NCBI GenBank assembly: GCA_963662285.2
Contig: CAXXMV010000006.1
Location: 1,536,001-1,600,000 of the forward strand
Direction: 5' to 3'
DNA: 64,000 nucleotides
DNA from: a bacterium
Lineage (GTDB): Bacteria > Hinthialibacterota > Hinthialibacteria > Hinthialibacterales > Hinthialibacteraceae
The translations under genes and the position numbers were made by a program. Shown piece by piece: positions 9,843 through 19,641 of this stretch (within the stretch, counting starts at the first letter, position 1; each line of letters starts with the position of its first letter). The notes under the pieces are model-generated. The model did no database searches. It worked only from the letters and a program-made list of their open reading frames with translations, and was not told the origin of the DNA.

Positions 9843-10892
9843 ATGTCGAAATATAAATGGGATAACCTCATTCTTTTTGTGGAACAATTGGCCACCGCCT
9901 CGAAACTGCAATTGCCTTTGGATAAAACAATTGCATCAATGAGCCGTGAAGCCTTGGATAGCAAGTGGGGCAAGACTCAGGAGAGCGTTTCTGAGTTGGT
10001 GCGGCTTGGATCAACCTTGTCGGATGCAATGGATAATTATCCACAATATTTCCCTGGAACCATACGACGGTTGGTCAGGGTAGCAGAAGAGGGCAAAGTT
10101 CTAACCTGTATGCTCAGCAGTCTTAGCGGGTATTTGCAGTCGTCCCGAGAAGTACAGCACCGTCTTCAAAAATGCATGATTTATCCATTGATCGTATGGT
10201 CTTTGCTTTTGATAGATGTAGGAATACTGGTGGCTTATGTTTTTCCGAAGTTCATAAATCTGCAACAGGCTGCTGGGATGCAAGAGACTGATTTCACCTT
10301 GAGAATGCTAACCATTGGTCCAACGGCGTTGATTCTTATTGAAGGGTTATTTCTGCTAATTGCGTGGATTATGATCGGCTGGCTCAGCGCCGACCTGGAA
10401 GGGAAGCAATATACTGGCGGTAGGATCAACCGGGTAATCGCCTATATACCTTTTTTAGGCAATCTACATCGACATGCCAAGGCCGCCGAGGTTTGTGAAA
10501 TTCTGGGAATATTGATTGAAGGCGGTAGGGATGGGCGCGAGGCGGTCAGTATCGCCAGAGATGTTATTGATAACACGCCAATCCAAAAAGCCTTGAACGA
10601 AATTGACGCAGCTCTGCTTACTGGAGAACAGTATCAAGTGATTGACGATAAAAGCGTGATTCCCCCGACATCGCTTTGGATGATATCCGAGAGCAGTTCA
10701 TCACCGGAATTAGGCCAGGCGCTAAGAAGCATTGCGACGTGTCATCGCCGTCAGGTTGATATGCTATCGAGCATTCTACGTGAACTAATCGAACCGCTGT
10801 TGCTTTTTTCCATTGCGGTATTGGGTGGTATGACCATAGTCGCTTTTTACTTTGCGCTGTTTAAGATGACTGCTGGTTTTATGATGTTCTAA
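9843..10892 (+). CDS. GspF/PilC-family inner-membrane platform protein
   Basis: GSTLSDAM..YPQYFP, MIYP, LIEPLL; three TM segments. Confidence 0.85.
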   Translation: MSKYKWDNLILFVEQLATASKLQLPLDKTIASMSREALDSKWGKTQESVSELVRLGSTLSDAMDNYPQYFPGTIRRLVRVAEEGKVLTCMLSSLSGYLQSSREVQHRLQKCMIYPLIVWSLLLIDVGILVAYVFPKFINLQQAAGMQETDFTLRMLTIGPTALILIEGLFLLIAWIMIGWLSADLEGKQYTGGRINRVIAYIPFLGNLHRHAKAAEVCEILGILIEGGRDGREAVSIARDVIDNTPIQKALNEIDAALLTGEQYQVIDDKSVIPPTSLWMISESSSSPELGQALRSIATCHRRQVDMLSSILRELIEPLLLFSIAVLGGMTIVAFYFALFKMTAGFMMF

Positions 10893-10901
10893 AAGGCATA
10901 A

Positions 10902-11945
10902 GTGATAAGAACCATGAATAAAGACCAATTAGATATAAAGATAAAAGTTCCGCTGTATCTCCGCGCCTTCAGGATAATAATGGCGTTGACTGTTTGTCTG
11001 GTGCTTATAGCAATATCGCTGGTAATCTTTACGTATTATCAAAGCAACTGGAAGAATATGGATTTTCTGACTTTTATGTATCCCATAATCATCCTGGTTT
11101 CTATAATCATTCTTCCACTTTGCGTTATTGCAGCAAATTACTTTTGCAATGATCATATTGTCCATATAAGCGTCTCGGTTTTATTGGGAATTATTATTTA
11201 TGTAGGGCTAATGGATTTACAAGAGACCTCGAGAGTTGGTTTGTATATTGGAATTGTTCTGGCAATTTATTTGAGTCTGTTTTTTGCTTTTTATAAAATG
11301 CCATTGATGATATTCATCCTCTTTACAATGATTATAGTGTTAGGTTTTGGTTGGCAAATTCTTCCACCGCTAATATCCATGATAGTTTTGGATATAAAGC
11401 CAAACCAATTATTTATGCCTTTTTTGTTTTCTTTTATCCTGTTAGCGGTCGGGGGAATGTTGATGGCCTGCGCATATCTACCCCGTGAAATTGAATGGAA
11501 AAGATATCTCTTTCCATACCGCAATAATTCTGTATTCTCAATTCACAAAAACAAAGATGGCGGGTTTACGCTGATTGAGGTGTTAATCGCAGTTGCCATA
11601 ATCGGGATACTTTCAGGAGGCGTGTTTCATTCATGGGCTTCTATAGTGCGTTCTCACAAACAGTTGCAGATACGCTCTCATGCATTGGAAATCATTAATT
11701 CTGAAATGAACGCATTGATGGCGACCGAGGCGGCGCTGGTTTATTCTGAAGAACCAAATGCGCTGCCCATAAATTTACAGGATTTCGTCTCGCCTTATAA
11801 ATTCACTGGAAACTACCTAATCAATAAGACTGATGATGCTGGAATTGTGAAAATCACAGTCAACTTATCGCATATCATAGAGAATCGCAGCGAGCGTAAC
11901 TTCAGATTGGTGGGCTACCGGCGTTTGGAGGTGAAGACGCCATGA
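10902..11945 (+). CDS. Polytopic membrane domain fused to a C-terminal minor (pseudo)pilin
   Basis: About 6-7 TM segments, then KNKDGG|FTLIEVLIAVAIIGIL near residue 221. Confidence 0.75.
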   Translation: MIRTMNKDQLDIKIKVPLYLRAFRIIMALTVCLVLIAISLVIFTYYQSNWKNMDFLTFMYPIIILVSIIILPLCVIAANYFCNDHIVHISVSVLLGIIIYVGLMDLQETSRVGLYIGIVLAIYLSLFFAFYKMPLMIFILFTMIIVLGFGWQILPPLISMIVLDIKPNQLFMPFLFSFILLAVGGMLMACAYLPREIEWKRYLFPYRNNSVFSIHKNKDGGFTLIEVLIAVAIIGILSGGVFHSWASIVRSHKQLQIRSHALEIINSEMNALMATEAALVYSEEPNALPINLQDFVSPYKFTGNYLINKTDDAGIVKITVNLSHIIENRSERNFRLVGYRRLEVKTP

Positions 11946-12436
11946 AACATTCCAAAAAGGGCTTCACCCTGATTGAGTTATTAATTGTTATTGCAATGTT
12001 GAGCATTATGTCTGGAGTTGTTACTAAAATGTGGATCGGCATGGAGAGAATGTCATCCGCCGTGCGCAGCAACATGAAATTCTCGTTTCAGGGACGCCGG
12101 ATTCTGGATCAATTCAGAAGCGACATCATGCAATCAACCCAAGTATCCCATTCTCCAGAAAATCTTATAACGCTGAACCAAGATATAAAGAACGGGCAAG
12201 AGCGTCAGTTGATATACCGTATGGATGGCCGCGAGTTGATTCGGGATACGGTAATAGGCGATAAGATAGCGCGGTCAATCAAAATAGCATCGCTTGATAA
12301 ACTAATGCTTGATATCGCTTTCAAGGATAACGGCGCGGTGCGTATAGAGTTAAGTCGTAAACCAAAGCAACTTCCCATGCAATTCAGGGATTGCCGTATG
12401 GCGACTTATGTCAGCGCATTGGGAGAAGATTTATGA
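11942..12436 (+). CDS. Minor (pseudo)pilin, GspJ/PilW-like
   Basis: KKG|FTLIELLIVIAMLSI; ATGA overlap with upstream gene. Confidence 0.88.
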   Translation: MKHSKKGFTLIELLIVIAMLSIMSGVVTKMWIGMERMSSAVRSNMKFSFQGRRILDQFRSDIMQSTQVSHSPENLITLNQDIKNGQERQLIYRMDGRELIRDTVIGDKIARSIKIASLDKLMLDIAFKDNGAVRIELSRKPKQLPMQFRDCRMATYVSALGEDL

Positions 12437-12942
12437 GAGAAAATGATCCCAGACGGGGCGCTGCGCTTATACTTTATGTAATGTTTCTTACGGTTGTTGC
12501 GTTATTGATAATTACAGCAACAGTAAACCGGAATATCATGGCCTCGCGGGATCTGCACCGGGGATTTTATAAAATCCAGGCTGATTGGTTAGCCCACGGC
12601 GCTGTAGAACAGGCTCTGGCAGTAATAAAGAGTTCCGGGGATAACGTTACTCCGGTTAAACGTGATTTCAGCGAAACAGTCGCACCTGTGTTTGTGGGCG
12701 ACGATCCATTTGATAATAAAGAAGATACGTCCAGCGATCCTAGAATCATAACCGCCATATACAGTTATCAGATTAGTTCAGTTGGTGAAGATCTGCTTAA
12801 GCAGAATGAAACCAGGGGCTTTTTGGTATCAGCCCGATGCGATATACCCTATCGCTCAATCAAACTGACCAGCATCCAAACCCGGATATGCGCTTATTCT
12901 GAGGATCATGGGTGGAAGGTGCGTCCCCTGGTCAGTAAGTAA
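12433..12942 (+). CDS. GspK/PilX-like minor pilin
   Basis: RRG|AALILYV without E5; QADWLAHGAVEQAL; ATGA overlap sets start at 12433. Confidence 0.8.
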   Translation: MRENDPRRGAALILYVMFLTVVALLIITATVNRNIMASRDLHRGFYKIQADWLAHGAVEQALAVIKSSGDNVTPVKRDFSETVAPVFVGDDPFDNKEDTSSDPRIITAIYSYQISSVGEDLLKQNETRGFLVSARCDIPYRSIKLTSIQTRICAYSEDHGWKVRPLVSK

Positions 12943-13082
12943 TTGATTTTGTTAATTACTCCTCATAACTAGCTCCTCTTACTTGCTTTTCGTTTACTTT
13001 CCCCTGCTGGGAATATTTTTCCAGTATATAATTGCAGCTGGTATGTTTTTCCCTATATTAAGAGTTTTTTTAGGATCGAATT

Positions 13083-14180
13083 ATGCAAATTGGAATTATT
13101 GGTTTACAAACATCAGGTAAGACGACGGTTTTTAATGCATTGACCCATGGTCATGCGGAGACATCGGTTTCCGGAGGAGATAAAGGCGCTAATCGTGGTA
13201 TTGCTAAGGTTCCAGATGAACGGATTGATGTTCTGGTCGAACTTCATAAACCCAAAAAGACGACCTATGCAACTGTTGAATTCACCGATGTTGCCGGGTT
13301 GACTAAAAGTTCGGGTGACGAGAAGGGCTTTAGCAATAAGTTTCTGGGCGATCTACGTGATATGGAAGCCCTTTTAATCGTAGTGCGCGTCTTTAATTCC
13401 GGTTCAGTACCCCATCCTGATGGTACGGTTGACGCCGCCCGCGACCTTGATGCCATACTGACAGAACTGATCTTAGCTGATATGACCATTATCGAGAATC
13501 GTCTGCCCCGTGTTGATGACGCCTGGAATAAACAGCCCGGCAAACGTAAAGAGTTGGAGAATGAGAAGGCAACCCTCCAACGTTTTATGCAGACCCTGGA
13601 AAATGATCAACCGATTATCGCTGCTGAACCTACCCTCGAAGAAGAGAATTTTTATATCCGGCCCTACGGGCTTTTGTCTGGCAAGCGTATGCTTTGCATG
13701 GCAAACATTTCCGATTTAACCGATGATGAGGAAAAGAGCGCTTTTGAGAAATTAAATCAGGCCGCAGAGCGTTGGAATATGCCGGTTGTTTCGATGAATG
13801 CACAATTGGAACAGGACTTGCTTGATTTCCCTGAAGAGGAACGTCTGGATTATTATCTGGAATCGGGTTTGGATGGTCCTTCCGGCGGGAAAGTGATCCA
13901 GGAATCATACCGGATACTTAAGCAGCACTCTTTCCTCACCAGTGGACCGGATGAGGTTCGCGCCTGGACTATTCCCATAGGAATGGTTGCTCAACAGGCC
14001 GCAGGAAAGATACATAGCGACATTGAGCGTGGATTTATCCGCGCTGAAGTTATAACTTTTGCAGATATGAAGGAAATGAAGACGGAAGAAGCCATTAAAA
14101 AAGCCGGGAAATTCAAACTGGAAGGCAAAGAATATGTCGTTCAGGATGGAGACATCATCAATTTCCGGTTTTCTGTGTAA
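13083..14180 (+). CDS. ychF: Ribosome-binding ATPase YchF
   Basis: GKTTVFNALT, VPDER, DVAGL, EVRAWTI, AAGKIHSD, EGKEYVVQDGDI. Confidence 0.95.
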   Translation: MQIGIIGLQTSGKTTVFNALTHGHAETSVSGGDKGANRGIAKVPDERIDVLVELHKPKKTTYATVEFTDVAGLTKSSGDEKGFSNKFLGDLRDMEALLIVVRVFNSGSVPHPDGTVDAARDLDAILTELILADMTIIENRLPRVDDAWNKQPGKRKELENEKATLQRFMQTLENDQPIIAAEPTLEEENFYIRPYGLLSGKRMLCMANISDLTDDEEKSAFEKLNQAAERWNMPVVSMNAQLEQDLLDFPEEERLDYYLESGLDGPSGGKVIQESYRILKQHSFLTSGPDEVRAWTIPIGMVAQQAAGKIHSDIERGFIRAEVITFADMKEMKTEEAIKKAGKFKLEGKEYVVQDGDIINFRFSV

Positions 14181-14361
14181 GACTCAAACATGATTTGATT
14201 GAATTGGCGGCTCAGGCCGCATGTCTTGCTGCATGATGGGAATGGCAAGCGTTTTTAGGGTTAGGGAGCGACTTTAATTCGCTCTGACGCCAATGGGGAA
14301 TTATTCGCCCCATCTCCCGCTTTTTGGGGAATTGAATTATTGGTTGTGAAGGAGAGAGAAA

Positions 14362-15600
14362 ATGGTCGATCCCTTACTGGATCCGCTCGATACAATGCCG
14401 GTAGACAGGCCTACTCCACAGGTTATGCAGCGCTATAGAGACTCCACTCAAGCGACAGGCGAGACATTCGAGGATATACTCTCTAAAAAAATAGACCGGC
14501 AGCCGACTCCTGTTATGACGCCAGATGCTTTGCGGGTTCCTGAAATAAAAGCCAAACCTAAGAACAATATTTCTGTTCCTCAAGATAACCAACAAGTTCA
14601 ATCCGTCTCAAATAATCTAGCGGCGTCATCTAATCAGATCAAAAACGAATCAGTTACAGAAAAGTCCATAGCAGAACCAATCCAATATCCTGAATTGAAG
14701 CCTTCTGATATTCTGCCTATAAATCTATTGGATATTTTGAATTTACAGATAGGCAATAAAAATCCAGAGGAACAAAAGGCGCCAAAAGTTCAGGTTACGC
14801 AAGAAAAACAAGAAAAATCAGTTACTAAAGATGCAACTGATATTAGTCCTAAACAAACAAAATCCGAAATAGTGGATCATGATGCTCCTGTTTTAGATAC
14901 TCCAAAGCAAGACGCTGTACTTCAAGATACCACTTATATTATCCAAAGAGGCGATACTCTTTCTCATATCGTTTCATCCTCACTTAGAGAATCCGGTCAG
15001 GAGTTTTCCACTAGAGATGTTTATCAGTTGGTTAATTTATTGGCGGCTCACAACGGGATAGAGAATCCAGATAAGATTTACGCCGGTAATAAACTGGATT
15101 TAGAACCAATCTATTCAAGGCAATTCATTGCTCAAGAGAATAAAACACAGCATACCGCTCTGCCGGGCGAATTACAGCCTCCGGTAAACGGTTATATAAC
15201 TTCAGAGTATGGTATGCGGCAGCATCCCATTTCCAAGCAAGAGGATTTTCATAGTGGCATTGATATAGGCGTACCGATTGGAACGCCTATTACTCCGGTT
15301 AAGTCGGGTCAAGTCACTTTTACTGGTGAACAAAGTGGATATGGCCAGGTTGTGGAAATTGACCATAATGATGGGACGCGTTCGCTTTACGGGCATCTCT
15401 CTGATCTGATGGTTGAAAAAGGCGACATGATCGAAGCCAATGATGTCATCGCATTGTCTGGCGATACGGGACGTTCAACCGGCCCGCATTTGCATCTGGA
15501 AATCCACCAAGATGGTAGAACTATCGATCCTTTAACGGTTATTTCCCGTGATGAGATTGAAAATGGTCCACGTCAGATTGCACGCGGTGATATTAAATAA
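14362..15600 (+). CDS. LysM-like + M23 metallopeptidase
   Basis: YIIQRGDTLSHI...NGIENPDKIYAG; HSGID and STGPHLH. Confidence 0.92.
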   Translation: MVDPLLDPLDTMPVDRPTPQVMQRYRDSTQATGETFEDILSKKIDRQPTPVMTPDALRVPEIKAKPKNNISVPQDNQQVQSVSNNLAASSNQIKNESVTEKSIAEPIQYPELKPSDILPINLLDILNLQIGNKNPEEQKAPKVQVTQEKQEKSVTKDATDISPKQTKSEIVDHDAPVLDTPKQDAVLQDTTYIIQRGDTLSHIVSSSLRESGQEFSTRDVYQLVNLLAAHNGIENPDKIYAGNKLDLEPIYSRQFIAQENKTQHTALPGELQPPVNGYITSEYGMRQHPISKQEDFHSGIDIGVPIGTPITPVKSGQVTFTGEQSGYGQVVEIDHNDGTRSLYGHLSDLMVEKGDMIEANDVIALSGDTGRSTGPHLHLEIHQDGRTIDPLTVISRDEIENGPRQIARGDIK

Positions 15601-15677
15601 AGCAGTAGATGTACCCCTAATTGCTTCCGGAACAATTTTTCTCCCCTCCCGAAATGAAAATTTTTATAAATAATCTA

Positions 15678-15706
15678 TTGACAGTCTTTAGATATATAGT
15701 TAATAT
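15678..15706 (+). promoter_or_regulatory. Sigma70-type promoter
   Basis: TTGACA-17-TAATAT. Confidence 0.6.
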
Positions 15707-15765
15707 ATAAACAATACATAAGCAAACGCTATTCTGTTTGGCGGAGAATCAGGGTAAAATTAATC

Positions 15766-16152
15766 ATGAATATCATAAAAACGGTTAAAGTGGTTCGATA
15801 TATCACGCATGGTTTAGGAGCGGCAATGCTGCTCTTGTTTTTTACTTTTCTGATCGGGGAGGGTATTCTGGGAAATGAAGGTCTTCCTCCAATATTTCGC
15901 CCGGAAACGATGGCTGTAGTCTTGATGTTGCTGGGATTAATGATTGCCTGGAAATGGCATGGAATGGGCGGCTTGCTGGTAATTACCGGCTATATCGTTT
16001 TTGCTGGTCTCAATGGGCGATTGTTGTTGAATACTCCATTTGCCGTGTTCCCTATAATTGGATTATCGTATGCCCTATGTTGGATATTTACCCGAACATC
16101 GAAACAAAATTGTTTGACTATTGAAATAAATGAAAAGTTGGAAAGGAGTTAA
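15766..16152 (+). CDS. Small 4-TM membrane protein
   Basis: Four hydrophobic segments; AWKWHGMGG motif. Confidence 0.75.
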   Translation: MNIIKTVKVVRYITHGLGAAMLLLFFTFLIGEGILGNEGLPPIFRPETMAVVLMLLGLMIAWKWHGMGGLLVITGYIVFAGLNGRLLLNTPFAVFPIIGLSYALCWIFTRTSKQNCLTIEINEKLERS

Positions 16153-16156
16153 GAAA

Positions 16157-17248
16157 ATGACTGTCAATAATAAACGCAGAGGTCCATGGACTCACCGGTT
16201 TTTGATTTATCTATTCAGCACATTGCTTACTCTTTTGTTTGTCTGGCTTTTAGGATTCGTATTGTGGGATATAAGTAGAATCAAGGGGCCTGATTATCAA
16301 GCAATCGAAAAAGAGCAAATCGGGAAGAATGTATTTGATCAAATCTCTGAGTTGATAGAACAACGCAAGAGCATCGAATTACAAATAAAGAATCAACGCG
16401 AGATTCAAGCGATTCTCGAAACCAGCACCAATAATTCTCAACAAACCATGAATCAGCTGCTTGATATGCATAAGCATAATTTAGAGCAGGGAGTCAAACC
16501 CACCGAAGCCGAGCAGAATGCCCTGGCGGAGAGTGAAAAAATATTCCTGGATAATCAAAAAAACTTTCAGGAAGCCAATCGGAAGATCGCCTCTCTAAGT
16601 GAAAAATTGAGGTTGGTAGAAGATGAAATCAGCAGGCGGCAAGCCGAATTAAAGGAACTCCAAAAGCCGGTTAGAGAAATCTATAATGAATTGTATGCAA
16701 AACATCGTTTTAAGATTGCGTCTTTAAAACTTGGTTTTTTAATTCCACTTTTGTTTGTGGTTTCCTGGTTGGTTATTAAAAAGCGGGGTTTGGCTTATTC
16801 GCCTATTATATATTCGGCTTTTATCGCTGTTTTTTCACATACCGCTTTTGTAATGCACCAGCATTTTCCACGCGATTTCTTTAAGTATCTTGCTATTGGC
16901 GCCGCCATTATCATCGTATTGTGTTTCCTGATCCATTTGATCCGTATGATCGCCAAACCAAAACTGGATTGGCTCATAAAGCAATATAAAGAAGCTTATA
17001 TGAAACGTCTCTGTCCAGTCTGCTCTTACCCGATTGAACGGGGGCCGTTTAAGTATTTGGTCTTTCCTCTGAAATGGTCGGTGATGCGGGCGCCCAATCA
17101 TCAAGGTGAATATCCTGATGATGACAAACCTTATTCATGCCCGTCATGTGGAACGCAATTATACGAGAATTGCAAGGAATGCAATGCCATTCGACCTTCG
17201 CTGCTGCCTCATTGTCAATCGTGTGGAGCGGAGAAAACGTTTGAGTGA
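16157..17248 (+). CDS. Membrane protein with long coiled coil and C-terminal zinc ribbons
   Basis: TM, ~150-aa coiled coil, 3 TM, then CPVC, CPSC, CKEC, CQSC; AAGGAG RBS. Confidence 0.85.
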   Translation: MTVNNKRRGPWTHRFLIYLFSTLLTLLFVWLLGFVLWDISRIKGPDYQAIEKEQIGKNVFDQISELIEQRKSIELQIKNQREIQAILETSTNNSQQTMNQLLDMHKHNLEQGVKPTEAEQNALAESEKIFLDNQKNFQEANRKIASLSEKLRLVEDEISRRQAELKELQKPVREIYNELYAKHRFKIASLKLGFLIPLLFVVSWLVIKKRGLAYSPIIYSAFIAVFSHTAFVMHQHFPRDFFKYLAIGAAIIIVLCFLIHLIRMIAKPKLDWLIKQYKEAYMKRLCPVCSYPIERGPFKYLVFPLKWSVMRAPNHQGEYPDDDKPYSCPSCGTQLYENCKECNAIRPSLLPHCQSCGAEKTFE

Positions 17249-17288
17249 TTTGATTGATTAGAAAAACGTTATACAATGTGATATGATT

Positions 17289-17320
17289 AACAGGGAAGAG
17301 ATGTCTTCCCTGTTTTTGTT
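17289..17320 (+). terminator. Intrinsic terminator
   Basis: AACAGGGAAGA/TCTTCCCTGTT stem + T run. Confidence 0.75.
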
Positions 17321-17403
17321 TGAAGACTTCGCTTTTCGGGTATATCCATGTAATAATGGCGAGTAATATTTATATGTTTTAGTCAGGTTTTGACATTATC
17401 AAT

Positions 17404-18258
17404 ATGAGCGGTAAAACTGAATCATCCAATATGATTGAGCATGTTGATGTCTCTCCCGGAGAAGACGTAATAATAGAGCTGCGTGACCTGGTAATGTCGT
17501 TTGGACCGAGAACCGTATTAAATTCTCTTTCATTCACTATTCCACGTGGCAAGACGACGGTTATTATCGGCGGAAGCGGCTGCGGCAAATCGACCTTATT
17601 GAAATTGATGGTAGGCTTTTTAAAGCCGGATTCAGGTGAAATCCTGTATGATGGGCAAAATATTGCGCCCATGAATGAAGATGAACTTGATCCGGTTCGT
17701 AAGCGATTCGGCATTCTGTTTCAGAACGGCGCCCTGTTTAATTCCATGACGGTAGGTGAGAATGTTTCTTTGCCGATGGTCGAACATACTTCTCTGGATG
17801 AGAAGATTATCCGTATGATTGTCAAGATGAAATTGGAGATGGTTGGTTTAAGAGGATTTGAAGACTTGAAGCCATCCCAGATTTCCGGTGGAATGAAGAA
17901 GCGGGTCGGCTTGGCGCGGGCTATTGCTCTTGATCCTGAAATTGTATATTACGATGAACCGTCAGCGGGTTTGGATCCGATAACCGCTGCGGTGATTGAC
18001 GATCTGATGAATGATCTGTCGCACAAACTTGATATAACATCCGTGGTTGTAACCCATCATATGAGCAGCGCATTCAAAATTGCGGATAAAATTATTATGC
18101 TGCACAAGGGCAAAATAATCGCTCAGGGATCGGCCGATTATTTTAAGCAGTCAGAGCATCCATTGATTAAGCAGTTTGTAGAGGGATTGGCTGATGGACC
18201 TGTTCCATTCAGCATGTCCGCTGACGATTATATAGAAGATCTATTACATGTAACGTAG
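17404..18258 (+). CDS. mlaF: MlaF/Mkl-family ABC ATPase
   Basis: GGSGCGKS, LFQNGALF, ISGGMKKRVGLARA, YDEPSAGLDPI. Confidence 0.9.
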   Translation: MSGKTESSNMIEHVDVSPGEDVIIELRDLVMSFGPRTVLNSLSFTIPRGKTTVIIGGSGCGKSTLLKLMVGFLKPDSGEILYDGQNIAPMNEDELDPVRKRFGILFQNGALFNSMTVGENVSLPMVEHTSLDEKIIRMIVKMKLEMVGLRGFEDLKPSQISGGMKKRVGLARAIALDPEIVYYDEPSAGLDPITAAVIDDLMNDLSHKLDITSVVVTHHMSSAFKIADKIIMLHKGKIIAQGSADYFKQSEHPLIKQFVEGLADGPVPFSMSADDYIEDLLHVT

Positions 18259-18267
18259 CGTAAAGGA

Positions 18268-19374
18268 ATGATTTTAATGGCTTTAGTCTCGTTGTCAGAA
18301 ATGAAAGTGGGTGTTTTTGTTGTATTGGCTTTGGTTTTATTCCTGGTCGCGATATTGTCGGTGGGGAACTTCCAGGAATATTTCAGTCGAACAGTAACCA
18401 TTCATATCACCATCCCTTCAATTGATGGACTGGAAAAATACTCGCCTGTTACCTATTCCGGAGTACGCATCGGCACGGTTAAGGATTATCAATGGGATGA
18501 GGAGAGGCAAACAGTTGTTATTGACGCCCAGGTGGACATTGATTCTTCCGTCTCATTGGATTCAAAAGTGAATTTTACGTCGGCCAGTCTTTTATCGCCG
18601 TTATTCATCAGTATATCAGGCGGCAGCAAGACCAAGCGCATCCGTGATTTAATTAAAAATGGCGCAATAGATACTAAGGATATATATCTGGAAGCAGAAC
18701 CATATCTCTCGATAGGAGCAATCTTCGCTTTGGCGGGAGACGTGAAAAACGTTCTGCAAAAAGTTGAAGGCGTATTGGGTGAGATAGATAAACCGCTAAT
18801 GGCGATATCAGATTTCATTGATGATGCAAGTAAGAACGTCAATATTATCATGCATGACGTTGATGGAATGATATCAGACGGTCATCCACGTATAAACCAG
18901 CTGTTGGATAATTCCAATAATATGATTACCAGCGCTTCAGGAGAAATAATCCCGACGTTGCAAGATATCCGAAAAGGCGCCAAAGGAGTCGCGCCTTTAG
19001 TATCCAATACGCAAAAACAATTGCATGACGTCTTGAATAAAACCAGCGGCCTGATCGAATCCATAAGCCCCGAACTGGATGAACTTTCAGACGAAGCAAT
19101 TGTACTGATCAAGAGTATCAATAAACGCATTGAAACCATTCAATCTTCTATTGTGCGATTAACTAACGACGTCGATTCCGTGGTGGTCAATAACCGCGAG
19201 GATATTGATCGCATCGTCGCCCATTTGGAAACTACAGCAGCCAATCTCAATGAAATAAGTACGGAACTTTCAAAAAATCCCTGGCGTATGATATGGAAAA
19301 CCGAGGAGAAAATGGCGCCTCCCCGCGTTTCTCCTAAATGGAATCCCATTATGGATGCTCAAGGCGCTAATTAG
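18268..19374 (+). CDS. mlaD: MCE/MlaD-domain protein with helical extension
   Basis: N-terminal TM; GLEKYSPVTYSGVRIGTV; helical tail ending KNPW. Confidence 0.85.
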   Translation: MILMALVSLSEMKVGVFVVLALVLFLVAILSVGNFQEYFSRTVTIHITIPSIDGLEKYSPVTYSGVRIGTVKDYQWDEERQTVVIDAQVDIDSSVSLDSKVNFTSASLLSPLFISISGGSKTKRIRDLIKNGAIDTKDIYLEAEPYLSIGAIFALAGDVKNVLQKVEGVLGEIDKPLMAISDFIDDASKNVNIIMHDVDGMISDGHPRINQLLDNSNNMITSASGEIIPTLQDIRKGAKGVAPLVSNTQKQLHDVLNKTSGLIESISPELDELSDEAIVLIKSINKRIETIQSSIVRLTNDVDSVVVNNREDIDRIVAHLETTAANLNEISTELSKNPWRMIWKTEEKMAPPRVSPKWNPIMDAQGAN

Positions 19375-19380
19375 GATAGA

Positions 19381-19460
19381 ATTCTCCCCCCAAGCCTGGG
19401 GGGAGTTAGAGGGGGGTTGGGCTTCGATGAATCAACCCCTTCTAACCTCCCCCAGGCTTA
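19381..19460. repeat. CTCCCCCCAAG double-hairpin repeat, copy 2
   Basis: Matches 4658-4748. Confidence 0.85.
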
Positions 19461-19495
19461 GGATAATCCTTAGAATTTTCGAAGGATTTTGCAAC

Positions 19496-19597
19496 TGTAG
19501 GGGCGTCTTTTATGGGCGCCCGATTAGCCCGTCAGTCCGGGAATTGGAAAAACCAAATAGGATTCATAATCGGGTAACCACAAGGGTTACCCCTACA
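19496..19597. repeat. Inverted pair of GTAG REPs (REPIN-like)
   Basis: TGTAGGGGCG..CGCCCG and CGGGTAACC..GGTTACCCCTACA. Confidence 0.75.
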
Positions 19598-19641
19598 GTT
19601 ATTTGATAATCGTTACCAATTAATATTAATAAGGTGAAACT

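Noticed and set aside
19355-19606. 83-aa ORF
   Set aside because: Made almost entirely of repeat elements
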